Positions 58,872-64,000 of a DNA stretch of 64,000 nucleotides are shown piece after piece. How positions within the stretch are numbered: position 1 is the first letter of the stretch; each line of letters opens with the position of its first letter. Source of the stretch: Cyanophora paradoxa CCMP329 (taxonomy: Eukaryota > Plantae > Glaucophyta); contig QPMI01000050.1 in assembly GCA_004431415.1 (NCBI GenBank), positions 1 through 64,000 on the forward strand. Direction: 5' to 3'. A program made the position numbers and the translations under genes. The notes under the pieces were generated by a model. It worked only from the letters and a program-made list of their open reading frames with translations, was not told where the DNA came from and searched no databases.

Positions 58872-61800
58872 ATGCCGCCCAAGGCCGACAAGAAGGCCAA
58901 GGCGGAGGCGGTGGAGGTGCCGGTGGAGCTGCCGCCAATATGGGACGATCCTCACTTCCAGGCGAGCCCGTGCCGCCCTGTCCGCCGCCCTGCCGCCCGC
59001 CCGTGACTAAGGCAGCCCGCTCTGCGCCTGCGCAGGTTCCGTGGCATGCGTACACGTGCGTTGTGGAGGCAGACGATGGTTTTGATAAGAGCGTGTTGTC
59101 GGCCTTCACGCACATGCCGGAGGAGAGCGTCTATGTCTTCAGCTTGATGGCCCTGCACCAGGAGGTGGGCAGCGGCATCCCGCGAGTGCGAGAATCCCAG
59201 CGCCCGCGCTGAGCGATGCGGCAGGTCGCAGCATCGACGGAGACTGACCCAGTGACGGTCGCCATCAAGCAGCAGATCAACTCGGGGCAGGAAGTGTCCT
59301 ACGAGAACGTGCTGCGCTGGCTGCGCTCCAAAATCACGGCCATCAAGGCCGTGAAGAAGGCCAAGCTCGACGAGGAGGCTGCTGTCAAGGCGGTGAGCCG
59401 GCCGCGAGCCCGCGCGGATGGCCCGTGCGCTGAGGCGGCCCGCGCAGCAAAAGGAGGCGGAGGCGGCGGCCGCAGCGGAGGCCGAGGCGCAGAAGAAGGC
59501 GGCGGAGGCGGCGGCGGCGGCGGCGGCGGGGATTCCCGACGGGGCGGCGAACCCCGACGGGATGGACCTGGCGGGCGAGGAGGCCGGCATGCCGCAGGAG
59601 GGCTTCGACGCGGCCGGCGGCGCGGGCCTCGGCGGGGACGGCGAGGACGGCGAGGAGGGCCGCCCGCCCGCCAAGAAGGAGCTCCCCCTCGGTGCGCGCG
59701 CGCGCGCGGGCTCGCGCGCGGCCCTGCACACGAGTCCGCGCCGCGGGCTGAGCGCGGGCCGGGCCCGTGGCGCAGAGGGCGAGCCCGTGGACGCGTTCGT
59801 GTTCCTCGTGGGCTTCCCGCGGGACGCCGTCCAGCTTCAGGCGATGGCCTTCAACAACCTGCTGGTGGACGCGATCCTGCACGTGCGGGGCAAGTTCGTG
59901 GACCCCCTGGAGGCCGAGCTCCTCGCCTCCCAGGAGGGGGCGAACGAGGATGAGGGCGGCGAGGGCGAGGGCGGCGAGGCGAGGCTGAAGAAGAAGGCGG
60001 CGGCCGAGCCGCCGCTGCCGGCGTTCCTGCGGGGCGTGCAGGAGGCGATGGCCGGCTCCGAGCGCTCGTTCATGCACGACATCCAGTGGCTCTCGGTCGA
60101 GGCGGCGAAGCACGCCGACGTCGCCGAGCTGATCCCCTCGCTGCTCCGCGAGGCCCGCGTCGGCGCCCACCTCCGCCGCCTCTACGGCGGCTGGCTCGCC
60201 GCGACGACGCCCCTGGTCGTCCCGTCGTACAGCGGCCCCGAGGCGGCGGACCAGCGGGAGTACGGGCGCGTCCTGGACGCGCTCCCGGCGGCGGCGGTGG
60301 ACGTGCAGGCCGTCGTGCACGCCCTCGTGGCGCAGGTCGCCCGCTCGGCCGCCGGCGCCGCCCTGCCGCCTCGCCAGCTCGGCCCCGAGGAGGAGGCCGC
60401 CGCCGCCGCCCGCGAGGTCGCCGCCGCCTTCGACGCCGCCTTCTCCCGCCTCGCCCTCGCCCCGGCCGGCTCCGCCAGCCCGCCGCCGGCCCCCGGGGCG
60501 CCGGCGCCGGCGCAGCCCCCCGCGCAGGCGTCGCCGCGGGCGGCGGAGCCTCCGGAGCCTGCGGTGGTGCGGCACGGAGACCGCATCGGGGAGCGGCTCT
60601 GGCACGCGGCTCTGGGCCACCGGGCGGCCGGCCAGGAGCTGGCGGCCGAGGCGGCCCGCCTGCGGGACCTCCTGCCCTTCCCCGGCGTCGGCGGCCGCTT
60701 CGAGCCAGGGGAGCCGCCGCGCTCCCTGCAGGCCCGCGGGGCGCACCTCGCGGCCCTCAAGCACGCGCTGGAGGCGGCCGGGGGGCCCGGCGCGGCGCGG
60801 CGGGCGCCGCTCCTGCTCCTGGAGGAGCTGGTGCGGGGGGCGGACCCCGGGTACAGGCACGGCTTCGCGGACCGGGCGCTGGTGGAGGCGCTCTCGCCCG
60901 AGGTGCTGCCGCAGGCGCTGACGGAGGCGGCGCGGGCGGCCGGCGAGTGCGGGCAGCTGCTCGCCCGCTACGACGACGTGGAGGACGCGCTGCTCCTCGC
61001 GCTCCACACGCCCGTGCCCCCCGAGCGCGTCGCCGTCGCGGCGCGGGCGATCACCATCCCGCGGCGCCTCTCCTGCGGCGAGTGGCACGCCGTCGTCGGC
61101 GCGCAGCTCAAGGCCGCCTCCACCGGCGAGGAGGGCGACGAGGCGGGTGGCGCCGGCGCCGGCGCGGGGGCGGAGGACGAGGGCGACGGGGACGGCGAGG
61201 CGAGCAGCGCGGTCCCGGGCTTGGAGCCGCCGGTCTTCGTGCGGGCCAGCATGCTGCCCCGCGCGGGCACTGTCTTCGGCATCTCCCGCCGCGAGGGGCG
61301 CCTTGAGCCCAAGACGACTGCGCTGTACCCCGCCGACGCGGGCCGCATCCTCCTGAGCACGCTCTCGGACGCGCGGGGCGCGCTCGTCTCCTCCAGCGCG
61401 GCGGTGCAGCGGGACGGCCACACAATCAGCGTCCACGTGGACCCGGACGCGGTGCCGCCGCCGCCGCCCTTCGACGCGATCGTGCTCTCGGGCCCCTCGG
61501 GCGCCGGCAAGTCGACGCTCATCCGGCGCCTCGTGTCGGACTTCCCCGACACGTTCGCCTTCGCCGTGAGCCACACGACGCGGCCGCCCCGCCACGACGA
61601 GAAGGTCGGCGTCCACTACAACTTCTGCTCCCGCCAGTTCTTCGAGCAGGGGGTGCGCCCGCCTCTGCTTCCCCTCTGCTTCCCCTCCTTCTCCTGAGCC
61701 TCCCGCCCCGCCCCGCTCCGCCTCAGATCGCGTCCGGGCTCTTCTTCGAGCACTCGGAGGTGCACGGGCACCTCTACGGCACGAGCGTCGTCACCCTCGA

Positions 61801-64000
61801 CCGCATCCTCCACGACCGCAAGGTCCGCTCTGCTTATCTCAGCTTAAATTAGCTTGGATAAGACTGTTAATAGAGCTTATAGAGCTTATATTAGCAAGAT
61901 TAGATTAGCGAGGTAGATTAGCTTGGATAGCTTAGCTTAGATTAGCTTGGATTAGCTTAGATTTGATTAGCTGACGAGCCTCCTCGGCCCAGGTGCCCGT
62001 GCTTGACATCAACCTCCACGGCGTCAAGTCGCTGCACCGGACGGAGCTGCGGCCCTTCTGCGTCTTCGTGCAGCCGCCCTCGCTCCAGGCGCTCGAGGAG
62101 CGCATGAAGGCCGCCGGCGTGGACGCCGAGCAGGTCGCCAGGCGCCTCGCCGAGGCCGAGGCGGAGATGAAGTGGATCGAGGAGCCGGGGCTCTTCCAGT
62201 CCTCCGTCGTCAACGGTGCGCGCGTTCGCAAAGCCCGGCCCGGCCTAGTCCGGCCTAGCCTTCTGTCTAGCCTTCTCTTCATTCCTGCTAAGATTCTTCT
62301 TCTTCGTCCCCCCAGACTCGCTGGACGTGGCCTACGAGCACCTGAAGGAGGCGGCCTTCGAGCACACGCTCGCGGCGCGCCGCCCGCTCGTCGTCTCGGG
62401 GCCCTCGGGCGCGGGAAAGTCCGCCCTCATCGAGCGCCTCATGGCCGCCATGCCGGTCCGCTTTCACCTTACTACCGACCTTCTATCTAATGTTAATCTC
62501 TATCTATCTTTCTTACCTTTATCTTTCTTAGGGCCGCTTTGGGTTCTGCGTGAGCCACACGACGCGCGAGCCTCGCCAGGACGAGAAGGACGGCGTCCAC
62601 TACCACTTCCGCAGCCGCGCCCAGTTCGAGAAGGATGCGGCGGAGGGGAAGTGCGCGGCGGCCTCTTCTTTCTCGCTTGCTCGCTGCTTTTCCTACTGAA
62701 GTTCGGGTCCTCCAGGTTCGTGGAGACGTCGGAGGCCCACGGGGAGCTGTACGGCACGAGCCTCGCAGCGATCCGTGCCGTCCTCGGCGGCGGCCGCACC
62801 TGCATCCTCGACCTCGACTCCCACGTGCGCTATTTATAGACGCTCCGACGGGCCCGGCCGTCCTTCTTAGCCGGGCGGGCGGGCGGGCAGGGCGTGAAGA
62901 GCTTGAAGGCGCGGACGGAGCTGCGGCCCTTCTGCGTCTTCGTGCAGCCGCCCTCGCTCGAGGTGCTGGAGCAGCGGCTGCGGGCGCGCGGGACGGACTC
63001 GGAGGAGGTCGTCGCCCGGCGGCTGGCGGCGGCCCCCGCCGAGCTGGAGGCGGCCGAGGAGCCGGGGCTCTTCGACCGCGTCATCGTCAACGACGACCTG
63101 GAGCGCGCCTCGGCCGAGTTCGCGGAGGCGGCGAAGGCCGTGGACGCGCCGGCGCGCCTCGCGTGGGCCTCCTTCGCGGACGACTCGACGCTGGCGGTCA
63201 CGGACCGGGGGGGAGAGACGACCGCGACGCTGACGCTCCCCTCGGGCCTCGTCCTCCGCGCCCACTCCAACGGCGCCCTGGACCAGCACTACCCGGCGGG
63301 GCACCCGCTCGCGCCGCGGCCGCCGGCCGCGCAGGGGCAGCTCCCGGCGGCGCCCGCGGCGCCTCTCACGACCCGCCCGGGCTCCCGCATGCCGGGCTCC
63401 AGCTCCCGGTACCGCTCGGGGGCCGGCGGGCCGGCGGGGACGACGCGCGGGCGCCCCCGAGGTCGGCCGCCGCGTCGTCGGCGCCGGGACGGTCGTGCGG
63501 TACATGGAGGACGGCTCCGCCAGCTGCTCCTGCCCGACGGCAACGTCGCCATCCAGACCGCCCGGGCGCCCGCGCCGCCTCGGCGCCCCCGCCGGCACAT
63601 GGACGGTCACCAACTCGGCCGGGCGCCGCTCGGCGCGGCCGCCGGGGGCCGAGGCCGGCTCGGGCTGGCGCTTCGAGGCGGACCTCGGCGTGGCGGCGGT
63701 CACGGACGCGGAAACGGGCGTGACGCTGACGACGCGGGAGGACCTCGTCCTCACCGTGACGGGCGCCACGGAGGACGGCGGCGCGGTCGTCGAGTTCGCC
63801 GACGGGACGCGGCTGACGCGGAGCGGCGACGGCGCGACGACGACGATCGAGGCGGCGCGGTACGCGCGCGTGCGGGTCGAGAACGGCGGCGGGCGGCGCG
63901 TAGCGGAGCTGCCGGACGGCACCCGCATCGGCGTCGTGAGCGCCAGCGGCGAGGTCTTCGTGCAGAAGCCCGACGGGAGCCTCCTGCGGGCCGTCCGCGG
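58872..64000 (+). CDS. SPAG17/PF6-like axonemal protein with two internal guanylate-kinase domains (runs off window)
   Basis: GK motifs twice (SGPSGAGKS, VSHTTRxPRxDExxGVHYxF, YGTS, VFVQPPS..LExR). Downstream repeats [30 protein letters not shown] and VEFADGTR resemble PF6/SPAG17. The GK call is firm; the SPAG17 call is moderate. Confidence 0.7.

Noticed and set aside
32345-64000. Many long overlapping ORFs, e.g. 59385-61616 (-), 39505-40563 (-), 45119-46312 (+), 48053-49183 (-)
   Set aside because: These are antisense or off-frame shadows of real genes in very GC-rich DNA; they are Arg/Gly/Pro-rich and have no motifs.

Overview
The window has two very different halves. Bases 1 to about 32,270 are an AT-rich, intronless endogenous virus of the Polinton/Polinton-like virus (PLV) type, and its left end lies outside the window. 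It splits into two modules. Module A (1 to about 24.95 kb) is CpG-depleted and encodes very large modular fibre proteins, a patatin-discoidin phospholipase, two divergent penton-like minor capsid proteins, a double-jelly-roll major capsid protein, an A32 packaging ATPase, a primase/SF3 helicase, a protein-primed PolB with a destroyed proofreading domain, and an rve integrase. Module B (about 24.95-32.27 kb) is CpG-rich and capsid-less. It lies inverted relative to A and encodes only a second, proofreading-intact pPolB, a minimal integrase core and a small AT-hook protein, and it ends in a tandemly duplicated G-rich terminus. Each module carries one copy of the same ~103-bp inverted-iteron element (GGTGTGACA repeats around a 39-bp spacer), which looks like a replication origin. 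This suggests a helper-virus/satellite pair or a recent replicon capture, and it is the best candidate for a new system here. Most breaks in the viral ORFs are single-base indels, often in homopolymers, and are probably long-read errors. From about 32.5 kb onward the sequence is GC-rich host DNA with many short introns. It includes sestrin, KTI12, an HDAC8-like gene, a cyanobacterial-type TruB, a calpain-III-domain protein, DNAJC11, an ASK21-like SKP1, and a SPAG17/PF6-like protein with two embedded guanylate-kinase domains. The host looks like a flagellated archaeplastidan protist; a glaucophyte would fit, but this is not established. All calls come from motif recognition by eye, with no database searches.
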